A stretch of 64,000 nt of DNA from positions 8,370,001 to 8,434,000 of the forward strand of contig CATNEN010000029.1 of assembly GCA_950097015.1 (NCBI GenBank), given 5' to 3'. A program made the position numbers and the translations under genes. Shown here in pieces: positions 36,256-48,401 of the stretch. Within the stretch, counting starts at the first letter, position 1. Each line of letters opens with the position of its first letter. The stretch comes from Macrostomum hystrix (taxonomy: Eukaryota > Animalia > Platyhelminthes). Below the pieces are notes generated by a model, which worked only from the letters and a program-made list of their open reading frames with translations, had not been told where the DNA came from and made no database searches.

Positions 36256-38281
36256 TCATTGGCTAATTATAGTATAGATAATCGCTTTTTGTCTTACGCC
36301 ATGTTTTGACCAACAATTACTTTTCAGAAGAGTAATCTTGTCTGCCTGGGAACAACAACTCTCTTTGCACTTCTCCGTTGAAGGCTCAATTTTCAAATTT
36401 TACCGAATTATTTTGTATCTGTACGTTGTATTTTTATGAGCACAATATGCCTCTTGTATCTTTATACTTTTTAATCAAATGTTCCCCCCAGAGCTCTGTG
36501 TGACCACAATAATACCCCATGTGCTCATCTAAGCAAATATTAGCCTTGTACAGGGCACTTCCTGCCCTTTTGTTTATAGGAGACCGATCGAGTCCGAAAA
36601 TATCTTTTTTAACGTTATTTGTACAGCCTTAAGTGTAGAAACTAGAAGAAACTGCAGCCAGCAAGACGGAAATCCCTGTATAGAGACAGACAGACAGAGA
36701 TACAGCGGCACAGAGGCAGTATCAGTTGATGAAGCTGCATCTAATATACTTCATATTTCAGAAGAATTACACAAATCACCTTCATGCGATTTCATGACTA
36801 AGTGGAAAAGTGAGGAAAACAGCTGAACGATGCAGCCTACACCGCTGTGATTTAGTGTCCATTTGCAAATCTACTTCCTGTAAGTGCCCGAAGGAAATAA
36901 CACTAGTTTAGGCCTCCCTGTTGAGTTTTTTTCCGAACTTTCCGGGGTTAAATAAAATGCACTTTATTTGGCTAGCCCAATTCAAGTTGCAACGAACCCA
37001 ATGTTTAATAATTTGTTTCACGAGTGTATTTTAGTTTTATTTTACCATCACCTCTTCGCCCGTCTGATTCAAAATCATGCAATTTTTGCCATAGAAAAGT
37101 TAAGCCAGGCCCACTTTTCCGGTCACTTAATGATTAATGATTTGTTCGGCCTTAGTCTATGGTCATTTGTGGGGGGGGGCTTCGCACCAACACCGTTCCT
37201 TATGCTAAATATAGCACAGTGAAGAGGGCTTCGGAAAAGTGTCTATGTTACAAGATCAATAATGGACCTATGATTGGCCCGAAGCACAATCAAGGACCAC
37301 TACATGTAGAAGAAGAACGACGGGACATCGTTTCTTGGAAAATTTATTAAATGCAGATTTTCACGCAAAATGGACTATAGTTAGCGAGATAGAATCAGAT
37401 TCAAATTTTGATAACTTTTTTTGGAAGCAGATCTAATGCTGTTCTTTTAATATACGAGTATCTTGCAAAACATGTTGCTTCAACGAGATTTGAAGCAAGA
37501 AGTGATTTTTCCATGAAAATCTGCGTTTAATAAATTTTCCAAGAAACTAAGTCCCGTCCTTCCTCTTCTAGTGGTCCTTGAGCACTATATAGTGGATTTA
37601 CTTGAACCAAAGACACAGAAAAAACACAGAATAGACACTTTTCTCAGGCTTATATGGGAAGCCAATCTTAATCGATCAGCCTTTAAGTTCAGCCACCCCT
37701 CCTCCTCGGATCCTCCCCCTGCCTCCCAAAAAAATCCGGTTGAAAAAGAAAATGGTCTGATGGCTTGTGGCTGGCCTGTATAACCCCCCCACATCAGCAG
37801 CATTCTGCAGATAGGTTTTTCTGCTCCCAATTCTATCCCATCTGTCTTGCCTCTCCTAGAAGAGAGCGTTTGTAGTGAAACACACAGGAAATTGAAGCAG
37901 GAGCATAGGAGGAGGAGGAGGCGGGTCCGAGTTGCAGGCAGCTGGGGAAGGGGACTAATTGGTTGGTCGCACTGCATGAAGGCTCATCAGTCACAGCTGC
38001 CAGGCGGGTATCAGCGTCTAGAGTTTGAGCAGTAGCCTCGTACGTACTGCATCTGCGGGGTACTCGTTCATGTATTTTCGGGAGTGCAAAACTAGTCGAG
38101 CGCACGAAATGAATAGAAAATATTCTGGAGTCACTCTTGACTGGCTTGCATTTTTTGTTAATCTGATTTTATTTGATACTGTACTGATGCTACTGATGCA
38201 GTCAATACTGTACTTGTTCAAAAGTTAACCCCCATCGATGACCCAATCGAAAATGTACTCGACCTATTGTACCGCGAATAG

Positions 38282-38610
38282 AGGTGAGTGGCAGAACGGT
38301 TAACGCGTTTGCCTCTCGCGCCAAGGTCCCTGAGCTCGATTCCGCGGCGAGGCCACATTCATTTGGGGCGCAGCCGCGAATAGAAGGCTTTGAGGCTTGT
38401 CGTGCAAGGCCGACACGACGGCCGACCTCCAAGGCACAGTGAGGGTGTACACTGCCAAACGATGAGAAAGTCCGGGCGGATGTACACACCTGTGTGAGTG
38501 TGTGCTCAGGAATTAGCGGAATGGGCAGAGTTGCCTCTTCGCTGGCTGCGGGTCTAGTGCCACACAAATGATGTGCCCATAACCCTCCTGCAATTACTGT
38601 TATTATATTA
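38282..38610 (+). mobile_element. tRNA-derived SINE family 2, near full-length copy
   Basis: Head ggtgagtggcagaacggttaacgcgtttgcctctcgcgccaaggtccctgagctcgattcc (A-box and B-box-like); shared body; AT-rich (TTA)-like tail. Confidence 0.85.
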
Positions 38611-39225
38611 TATTATGTCTGTACTGCGAATCGTAAGTCAATTACGAGCGTAAAATAGCAAAAATGTGTCATTTATAAAATTGCTACTGCTGTGCATAGC
38701 TAGTTGAGTTATTTAATATCTCATTAACAAACAACTTCCTGCCCCAGAGACCAAATCCTCATGGGATCCTCAAAACTGATACGCTCATAGTATATTCCTC
38801 AGTTCGCAGGCTCATTTGAAAACAGATCCCAATTCCCAAGTAGTTTGGAGGAGAAACAAGAAACGAAGCTAGAAGACCTTAATTCAACATGACAAGTTCG
38901 CAATCTGCTTTCAGCTTCAGCCAGGGCTTCGTGGGGTTGGGTGGACCGGGTTCGGCCTTCCCATTGGGCCAATCCCATTCGCACTTTGGAATTAAGTCGG
39001 CTGTCACTAGGCTTAAAATGCGCAACGGCGCAGAGTTGTGGCTCCGCCCACGCGAAGACCGAGCCGAGTGTAGCAGAGAGGGTAAGTCAACAGTATTGGC
39101 CTTGGGGATTCTTCAGCTTTGACTAGTATCAGCATGACTCGCATACGGACCTTCGTCTAGCTAAGGGTGCATTCTCACTTGCGTGACGCGACTCCGGCAA
39201 ACATGTTTTGCCTTTTGTGCTTTTT

Positions 39226-39447
<222 letters not shown>

Positions 39448-39615
39448 GTCTCTCCGTCTCTCTGCCTCTCCGTCTCTCCGTCATCATTGCCATCTATCGA
39501 CGTTGGTTTTTTCTGTGCCCAGTCATGTCCCTATCTCCTCTCCGTGAGAGTGCCATTGCTTCTCATAGTCTTTTTCCAATATGAGTTCCAGGTAACAAGA
39601 GCACACTCATCAGCA

Positions 39616-42523
39616 ATGGCGGCCAAGTTTCTGTACCCATCCGAGGTAAAATTTTTTGCCCAAGTGAAAAACTGGCCCGAGCTGATGGCAGCCACCGTCG
39701 AAGGCGGCGGAGGCGGACTTCGTCACCTAGGCGAGGCCAGCCTGTCTGATTATGCTCGCCAGCTGCTCAGTCACGATTCGCGCTACCCGAAGCTGCAGGT
39801 TGTGCAACTTGGCGGCGTCTGGTACGCGTTGAACAGCCTGCAGCTCGCCATCTGCCGGCAATTAGAGCGGGCCGGGCACTGTCGCCGCATCCGTGTGCTC
39901 GTCTGCCCTCCGCGGCTGCTGCCCGGAGGTCTTGGACGAGCGCTGACAAGACCAGCCGAGCTAGGAGGTCTGTTGAAGTATTCGAGGGACCTGTTGTCGA
40001 CTTAAGTGTCTGTAGGAATGCGGAGTGTCTATAGGGATGCAGTGTCTGTAAGGGATGCGGAGTGTCTGTAGGAATGCGGAGTGTCTGTAGGAATGCGGAT
40101 TGTCTGAAGGAAATCGGAGTGTCTGTAGGAATGCGGAGTGTCTGTAGGAATGCGGAGTGTCTGTAGGGATGCGGATTGTCTGAAGGAAATCGGAGTGTCT
40201 GTAGGAATGCGGAGTGTCTGTAGGAATGCGGAGTGTCTGTAGGAATGCGGATTGTCTGAAGGAATGCGGAGTGTCTGTAGGAATGCGGAGTGTCTGTAGG
40301 AATGCGGAGTGTCTGTAGGAATGCGGATTGTCTGAAGGAAATCGGAGTGTCTGTAGGAATGCGGAGTGTCTGTAGGAATGCGGAGTGTCTGTAGGGATGC
40401 AGTGTCTTTAAGGGATGCGGAGTGTCTGTAGGAATGCGGAGTGTCTGTAGGAATGCGGAGTGTCTGTAGGAATGTTGAGTGTCTGTAGGAATGCGGAGTG
40501 TCTGTAGGAATGCGGATTGTCTGAAGGAAATCGGAGTGTCTGTAGGAATGCGGAGTGTCTGTAGGAATGCGGAGTGTCTGTAGGAATGCAGTGTCTGTAA
40601 GGGATGCGGAGTGTCTGTAGGAATGCGGAGTGTCTGTAGGAATGCGGAGTGTCTGTAGGAATGCGGAGTGTCTGTAGGAATGCGGAGTGTCCTTAGGAAT
40701 GCGGAGTGTCTGTAGGAATGCGGAGTGTCTGTAGGGATGCAGTGTCTGTAAGGGATGCGGAGTGTCTGTAGGAATGCGGAGTGTCTGTAGGAATGCGGAG
40801 TGTCTGTAGGAATGCGGATTGTCTGAAGGAAATCGGAGTGTCTGTAGGAATGCGGAGTGTCTGTAGGAATGCGGAGTGTCTGTAGGAATGCGGATTGTCT
40901 GAAGGAAATCGGAGTGTCTGTAGGAATGCGGAGTGTCTGTAGGAATGCGGAGTGTCTGTAGGAATGCGGATTGTCTGAAGGAAATCGGAGTGTCTGTAGG
41001 AATGCGGAGTGTCTATAGGAATGCGGAGTGTCTGTAGGAATGCGGAGTGTCTGTAGGAATGCGGAGTGTCTGTAGGAATGCGGATTGTCTGAAGGAAATC
41101 GGAGTGTCTGTAGGAATGCGGAGTGTCTATAGGAATGCGGAGTGTCTGTAGGAATGCGGATTGTCTGAAGGAAATCGGAGTGTCTGTAGGAATGCGGAGT
41201 GTCTGTAGGAATGCGGAGTGTCTGTAGGAATGCGTATTGTCTGAAGGAAATCGGAGTGTCTGTAAGGGATGCGGAGTGTCTGTAAGGAATGCGGAGTGTC
41301 TGTAAGGAATGCGGAGTGTCTGTAGGAAATCGGAGTGTCTGTAGGAAATCGGAGTGTCTGTAAGGAATGCGGAGTGTCTGTAGGAAATCGGAGTGTCTGT
41401 AGGAAATCGGAGTGTCTGTAAGGAATGCGGAGTGTCTGTAGGAAATCGGAGTATCTGTAAGGGATGCGGAGTGTCTCTAGGGAATCGGATTGCCTTTTTG
41501 TTGAGCAGAGCGCATCACTGACTTCCCAGCATCCTTATCCTTGGCTATATATGAGAATTCGCATTTGATTTGGGGACAAATAAACCACTGGTGGGGGGAT
41601 TACAGAAGAAAGCTTTCAGCGACCGGGCAGAAAAGATTGCAGACTCAGAGAAAAGAAGATTAAAGGAATGAAGCGTGGAATCAGGAAATTGCATGCCTAA
41701 GACCTGCGCCTTGTACCTCGGCAGTCGCTCATTACTTTCTGTGCAGGTAGGCAGCCTAGCGACTAGCCCGCATTCCCCTCAATTGGAAATTGACGACTGC
41801 TGTCTTTCAAAAGCGCGCCGGTTACCCCTGGTAGTGTGCTTCAATGTCAATATCTATAAAATATATTTTTACGTTTCTGTAGAAGACGAGGACTCAATGG
41901 TTGAGCAGTGCTCAGATGAAGAAAGCGGCGAGTCGAATTGCTCCGCCGACGAACATAGCGATGATGATGGCGAGGCTGATGAGGATGAGGCTGAAAGCAG
42001 CGCTGAATCCCATTGCTCCTGTTCGGACAGCTACTGCAGCGAGTGCGTCGCTATGGATGCTGGAAGCGGAGACGATGAGGAAGTGGAACAGCGGCCGGGT
42101 AGGCGAACCGGAAGGCGCGGAGAGGCAATCAACACGGCCGCTGCGCCAGAGCTGGGTACGTGAAGCCGAACTTTGCCATTAGGACAGCACCGCTGCTTCC
42201 GATTAGATCTGATTGAATTCACCGAATTGCACCATTTTCTACTATTCACTTCAAACACGCCGCCAACAGCTGACGACTTCGCTGTTGATGCAGACTTGGC
42301 CGACCTCGGACAGTCCGCTGTGCAGCTGCTGGAACGGCTACGCATGACCAGCACCGTGATTCCGCCGCCGCCGTCGCCGCCGCAGTCTCTGCCGCCACCG
42401 CAACCGCAGCCATCACTGAAGCTGGTACCGAAACTGAGATTGGAAAATGACTCGAGAGAGAGAGAATTTACTGTGAAATATGCTCGGGTGATGAATGCAC
42501 AACTAGGAAATAGTGGATATTGA
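39616..42523 (+). CDS. Uncharacterised ~292-aa protein with a ParB/sulfiredoxin-like N-terminal domain, Asp/Glu/Cys-rich middle and Pro-rich end (exons 39616-39967, 41883-42155, 42270-42523)
   Basis: Two phase-1 GT-AG introns chain the three ORFs (879 nt). The N-terminus YPSEVKF...YPKLQVVQLGGVWYALNSLQLAICRQLERAGHCRRIRV resembles the ParB/Srx pattern by eye. The 3' end may be spliced differently. Confidence 0.65.
40008..41482. repeat. 19/20-bp minisatellite filling intron 1 of the ParB-like gene
   Basis: Unit gtctgtaggaatgcggagt with recurring variant gattgtctgaaggaaatcgg. Confidence 0.98.
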
Positions 42524-42555
42524 GATGAGTTTAAATCATCTGTTGATGAGAGGAT

Positions 42556-42950
42556 TGGGATAATTGTGTGAGGAATCTGGGATTTCGAGAGAGGGGAAGA
42601 AACGGGATTAGGGATAATTGGGTTAGGAATCTGGGATTTCGAGAGAGGGGAAGAAACGGGATTAGGGATAATTGGGTTAGGAATCTGGGATTTCGAGAGA
42701 GGGGAAGAAACGGGATTTGGGATAATTGGTTTAGGAATCTGGGATTTCGAGAGAGGGGAAGAAACGGGATTAGGGATAATTGGGTTAGGAGTCTGGAATT
42801 TTGAGAGAGGGGAAGAAACGGGATTAGGGATAATTGGGTTAGGAATCTGGGATTTCGAGAGAGGGGAAGAAACGGGATTAGGGATAATTGGGTTAGGAGT
42901 CTGGAATTTTGAGAGAGGGGAAGAAACGGGATTTGGGATAATTGGGTGAA
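42556..42950. repeat. 54-bp minisatellite, ~7 copies
   Basis: Unit gggataattgggttaggaatctgggatttcgagagaggggaagaaacgggatta. Confidence 0.97.
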
Positions 42951-43514
42951 GAATGTGGGATTTGGAGAGAATGGAACGAAAAAGGATGAGGAAAAATTTG
43001 GTAATGAATCTGCGATTTCTAGAGGCAAGAAACGAGATGAGGGATAATTAAGTAAGGATTGAGTTGTTTTTCCTCTCCAGAGTAAAAAAGTAGTATAATA
43101 TTTTTACTTTTTACTTCTGCTTCGTTGAAAAAGAATCGGAAAATTCTGATTTCTTAACTGTTATACCGTTTCGGCTAACTAGGAGATGTCACTCTAATAA
43201 CCTTTCTGTATTTTTCTAATTTTTCCGTGTTTTCTTAGATTCTATGTCGCTGAAAAAAAGTTCTTATAGTTACAGCTAAACAAGAAGAAGCAAATGTGGA
43301 GGTTAAAAGCGGTGCAAAGTGAATTTTCGCGGTAGCCTCTCAAAGCTGGTCCCTAATTGCCCCGCGTCAAATAATGACAAAACAGGCGCTGATGGTTTAT
43401 GTCTTGTCAACTTCGACACAGCCTAATCTTGGACGTTGTCCCCAAGCAAGTTTAATGGTGCAAGGCTGGTAACTGGCTTAAGCTAAACCAGCTCGGAGCT
43501 GCAAAAGCACAGAC

Positions 43515-45432
43515 TTATCCTGTCTCTTCATTCTCTTATCCTGTCTCTTCATTCTCTCATCCTGTCTCTTCATTCTCTCATCATGTCCCTTCGTTCTCTC
43601 ATCCTGTTCCTTCATTCTCTCATCCTGTCTCTTCATTCTCTCATCCTGTCTCTTCATTCTCTTATCCTGTCTCTTCATTCTCTCATCCTGTCTCTTCATT
43701 CTCTCATCCTGTCTCTTCATTCTCTCATCCTGTCTCTTCATTCTCTCATCCTGTCTCTTCATTCTCTCATCCTGTTCCTTCATTTTCTCATCCTGTCTCT
43801 TCATTCTCTCATCCTGTTCCTTCATTCCCTCATCCTGTCTCTTCATTCTCTCATCCTGTATCTTCATTCTCTCATCCTGTTCCTTCATTTTCTCATCCTG
43901 TCTCTTCATTCTCTCATCCTGTTCCTTCATTCCCTCATCCTGTCTCTTCATTCTCTCATCCTGTCTCTTCATTCTCTCATCCTGTCTCTTCATTTTCTCA
44001 TCCTGTCTCTTCATTTTCTCATCCTGTCTCTTCATTCTCTCATCATGTCCCTTCGTTCTCTCATCCTGTTCCTTCATTCTCTCATCCTGTCTCTTCATTC
44101 TCTCATCCTGTCTCTTCATTCTCTCATCCTGTCTCTTCATTCTCTCATCCTGTCTCTTCATTCTCTCATCCTGTTCCTTCATTCTCTCATCCTGTCTCTT
44201 CATTCTCTTATCCTGTCTCTTCGTTCTCTCATCCTGTTCCTTCATTCTCTCATCCTGTCTCTTCATTCTCTTATCCTGTCTCTTCATTCTCTCATCCTGT
44301 CTCTTCATTCTCTCATCCTGTCTCTTCATTCTCTCATCCTGTCTCTTCATTCTCTCATCCTGTCTCTTCATTCTCTCATCCTGTATCTTCATTCTCTCAT
44401 CCTGTCTCTTCATTCTCTCATCCTGTCTCTTCATTCTCTCATCCTGTCTCTTCATTCTCTCATCCTGTCTCTTCATTTTCTCATCCTGTCTCTTCATTCT
44501 CTCATCCTGTCCCTTCGTTCTCTCATCCTGTTCCTTCATTCTCTCATCCTGTATCTTCATTCTCTCATCCTGTCTCTTCATTCTCTCATCCTGTTCCTTC
44601 ATTCTCTCATCCTGTTCCTTCATTCTCTCATCCTGTCTCTTCATTCTCTCATCCTGTCTCTTCGTTCTCTCATCCTGTTCCTTCATTCTCTCATCCTGTC
44701 TCTTCATTCTCTTATCCTGTCTCTTCATTCTCTCATCCTGTCTCTTCATTCTCTCATCCTGTCTCTTCATTCTCTCATCCTGTCTCTTCATTCTCTCATC
44801 CTGTCTCTTCATTCTCTCATCCTGTTCCTTCATTCTCTCATCCTGTCTCTTCATTCTCTTATCCTGTCTCTTCGTTCTCTCATCCTGTTCCTTCATTCTC
44901 TCATCCTGTCTCTTCATTCTCTTATCCTGTCTCTTCATTCTCTCATCCTGTCTCTTCATTCTCTCATCCTGTCTCTTCATTTTCTCATCCTGTCTCTTCA
45001 TTTTCTCATCCTGTCTCTTCATTTTCTCATCCTGTCTCTTCATTCTCTCATCCTGTTCCTTCATTCTCTCATCCTGTCTCTTCATTTTCTCATCCTGTCT
45101 CTTCATTCTCTCATCCTGTTCCTTCATTCTCTCATCCTGTCTCTTCATTCTCTTATCCTGTCTCTTCGTTCTCTCATCCTGTTCCTTCATTCTCTCATCC
45201 TGTCTCTTCATTCTCTCATCCTGTCTCTTCATTCTCTCATCCTGTCTCTTCATTCTCTCATCCTGCTCCTTCATTCTCTCATCCTGTCTCTTCATTCTCT
45301 CATCCTGTCTCTTCATTTTCTCATCCTGTCTCTTCATTCTCTCATCCTGTCACTTCATTCTCCCATCCTTTCTCTTCATTCTCTTATCCTGTCTCTTCAT
45401 TCTCTCATCCTGTTCCTTCATTCTCTCATCCT
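43515..45432. repeat. 21-bp minisatellite, ~90 copies
   Basis: Unit tcatcctgtctcttcattctc; source of the 619-aa and 647-aa repeat ORFs. Confidence 0.98.
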
Positions 45433-46076
45433 GTCTAGTCATTTTTCTTATATCCCTTTATCATATTCCATTCAATCTCTCCCCTTGTCCCATAATTCTC
45501 CCCACTCATTTCCAGAAAGAATATAAGTCAGCAAATTCTTTATATTACCACTGGATGAAATGGTATGTGGTTCGTCAGTTGGAAATACTGCGCTGCCTTA
45601 CGAAAAATTGTTATGCAATAATGGAGCTCAAAATTAAAATCGGTTGAAGTAACAATGTTCTGATACAACTGGACTGCGACGATGTTAAAGCTAATCTAAT
45701 CTAATCTAATTATATCTTATTTTGTAAGCAAATATAGAGTCACTAGAACAGGTTACAACATTATTTATATAGCTTGTAAAATAATTTATTATTGTACACT
45801 AAAAATATGATTAACGTGCTTTGTAAACGTCGGAGCAATAGATATGCCAATAAATATTTGCTTGGCTGACCAATAGCGAATGAAATAAACACATGAAAAA
45901 AACTAATTGATATGCGTAAAATGTGTGTCGCCTGTAATTAAGACAACTTGACTACTAATTAGCCTCACTGGTTGCTTATAGTAGTAAGCTAAGGATGATT
46001 ATTAGGAGATGATGCCAAAAAAGATTATTTTCGATTGCGAAATATTCATCTGTTGTCTAGGTCAACTTCCGTTTTT

Positions 46077-46826
46077 TAGTTTCAGTTGTCCGCTGTCTAC
46101 TTTCAGTTGTCCGCTGTCTACTTCAAGTTGTCCGCTGCCTACTTTCAGTTGTCCGCTGTCTACTTTCAGTTGTCCGCTGTCTACTTTCAGTTGTCCGCTG
46201 TCTACTTTCAGTTGTCCGCTGTCTACTTCAAGTTGTCCGCTGCCTACTTTCAGTTGTCCGCTGTCTACTTTCAGTTGTCCGCTGTCTACTTTCAGTTGTC
46301 CGCTGTCTACTTCAAGTTGTCCGCTGTCTACTTCCAGATGTCCACTGTCTACTTTCAGTTGTCCGCTGTCTACTTCCAGATGTCCGCTGTCTACTTCCAG
46401 ATGTCCGCTGTCTACTTTCAGTTGTCCGCTGTCTACTTCCAGATGTCCACTGCCTAATTTCAGTTGTCCGCTGCCTAATTTCAGTTGTCCGCTGTCTACT
46501 TCAAGTTGTCCGCTGCCTACTTTCAGTTGTCCGCTGTCTACTTCAAGTTGTCCGCTGCCTACTTTCAGTTGTCCGCTGTCTACTTTCAGTTGTCCGCTGT
46601 CTACTTCAAGTTGTCCGCTGCCTACTTTCAGTTGTCCGCTGTCTACTTCAAGTTGTCCGCTGTCTACTTTCAGTTGTCCGCTGTCTACTTTCAGTTGTCC
46701 GCTGTCTACTTTTAATTGTCCGCTGTCTACTTTAAGTTGTCCACTGTCTACTTCAAGTTGTCCGCTGTCTACTTCCAGATGTCCACTGCCTAATTTCAGT
46801 TGTCCGCTGTCTACTTTCAGTTGTCC
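46077..46826. repeat. 21-bp minisatellite, ~36 copies
   Basis: Unit tttcagttgtccgctgtctac. Confidence 0.98.
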
Positions 46827-47105
46827 GCCTAAAGTGAGACACGTACTTTAAATAATAACGAGAAGCAGATGTAAAGGAAGTAAAAAACGAATATAATTTA
46901 AGCTATGAATAATACCAATTGAAGAATTGTAAGTTTCTAAAGGTGCAGCTTCGATGCTATGGCTTTAAGAAACTAAAACTTGATTCTTAATTCGTTAAGA
47001 AGAGATACGCATTCAAAATCTTTAAATAATTGTCAACATTGCAGCGATCAGTTGTATCAAACGAATGTGACAGTTACTAGCTGCTGCCAACGAAACAACT
47101 TGCAG

Positions 47106-47408
47106 CTACATGTCGCGAAATATGCCGGCGAAAGTTTTTCTCAGATTTTTCATCGTGTCCTCTTGATCCTCAGCGTTTGCCGGCCGAGCTCCGTCGCCGC
47201 TTTTGCCAACAGCCGATGCGGCCGACATTTGACGCGGCGGCGGTGGCGGACGCTGCGGGGGCGTCGGCGGCGGGGGCGTTGATGTCGTTGACGGCTCTGA
47301 CGCCTCGGCGGCAGTTGATGACGTGGGCGCCTGCTGCTTCTGTTGCTGCTGCTGCTGCTGAGCTGAGGATCCATTGTTTGCAGACCCAGTTGATGCGGTG
47401 GACTGAGC

Positions 47409-47449
<41 letters not shown>

Positions 47450-48169
47450 ATTAAAATAGTTAGATAAAAATATGAATGCCTGGACTCAGCCGCTGTATCG
47501 AAATCCAATACCTGGAGACCATACCTTTGTTACAGCTGCCTGCTGCTGCTGCTGCTGAATTTTATTTATTACAACTTCCGCAACGTGCCGGCGATCCTCC
47601 TCCTGCGAGTCGCCAAGCAGTGGCATGTCCGACCCGGCCGCCTAGAGACAGAAATAGATTTCACTTGTTTATTACCCGTTTGACAATTAAATATTTGGAC
47701 TTTTTTATTATAGATTTATGGATTCATTGGGTGACAGATAATTGGTTTAACTGCAGACCCTACTTGGGTACTTTAGCTTAGAGACTTCTGACTTCTGATT
47801 TGTGTCCTCGAGCTAGACACTTAATTCTCTAGTGCTTTAGCTCACCCAGCTGTAAAATGGCGATTGGTTATCAACATCAGCTGGGGTAGCCGGCCTCTAC
47901 AGTCCACGGACTGAACACAGCTGTACACAGCCTTTGGAATTTTCATGCATTTAGCTGTGGCCTTTCTTTTCTTTCTTTTCTGTGGATTTTTTCTGTCCTT
48001 TCTCTATTTCTCTTTGATTGATCGATCGATTGATTTATTGATTAAATGATTGATTGATTGTTTGATTAATTTACTGATTGATTGAATGGTTAATGATTGA
48101 GTGATTGATTGGTTGATTATTGGTTGATTGATTGATGGTTTTTTGATTGATTGATTGATTGTTTGCTTT

Positions 48170-48205
<36 letters not shown>

Positions 48206-48282
48206 ATTGATTGGTTGATTGATAGATAGATTGATTGATTGGTTGATTGATTGATTGATTGGTTGATTGGTTGATTGTTTGC

Positions 48283-48320
<38 letters not shown>

Positions 48321-48366
48321 AATTGATTGATTGATTGATTGGTTGGTTGATTGGTTGATTGTTTGC

Positions 48367-48401
<35 letters not shown>

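Noticed and set aside
35690-36277. Hydrophobic Cys/Val-rich ORFs; similar cases at 39161-39584, 46009-46851 and 48168-48509
   Set aside because: Mini- and microsatellite translations
42556-42950. Interstitial telomeric repeat (GGGTTAGG within the unit)
   Set aside because: Only one TTAGG(G)-like word per half unit, not tandem TTAGGG
43478-45526. 619-aa coiled-coil-like and 647-aa Leu/Ser/His ORFs
   Set aside because: Translations of a 21-bp tandem repeat, open on both strands only because the unit is a multiple of 3
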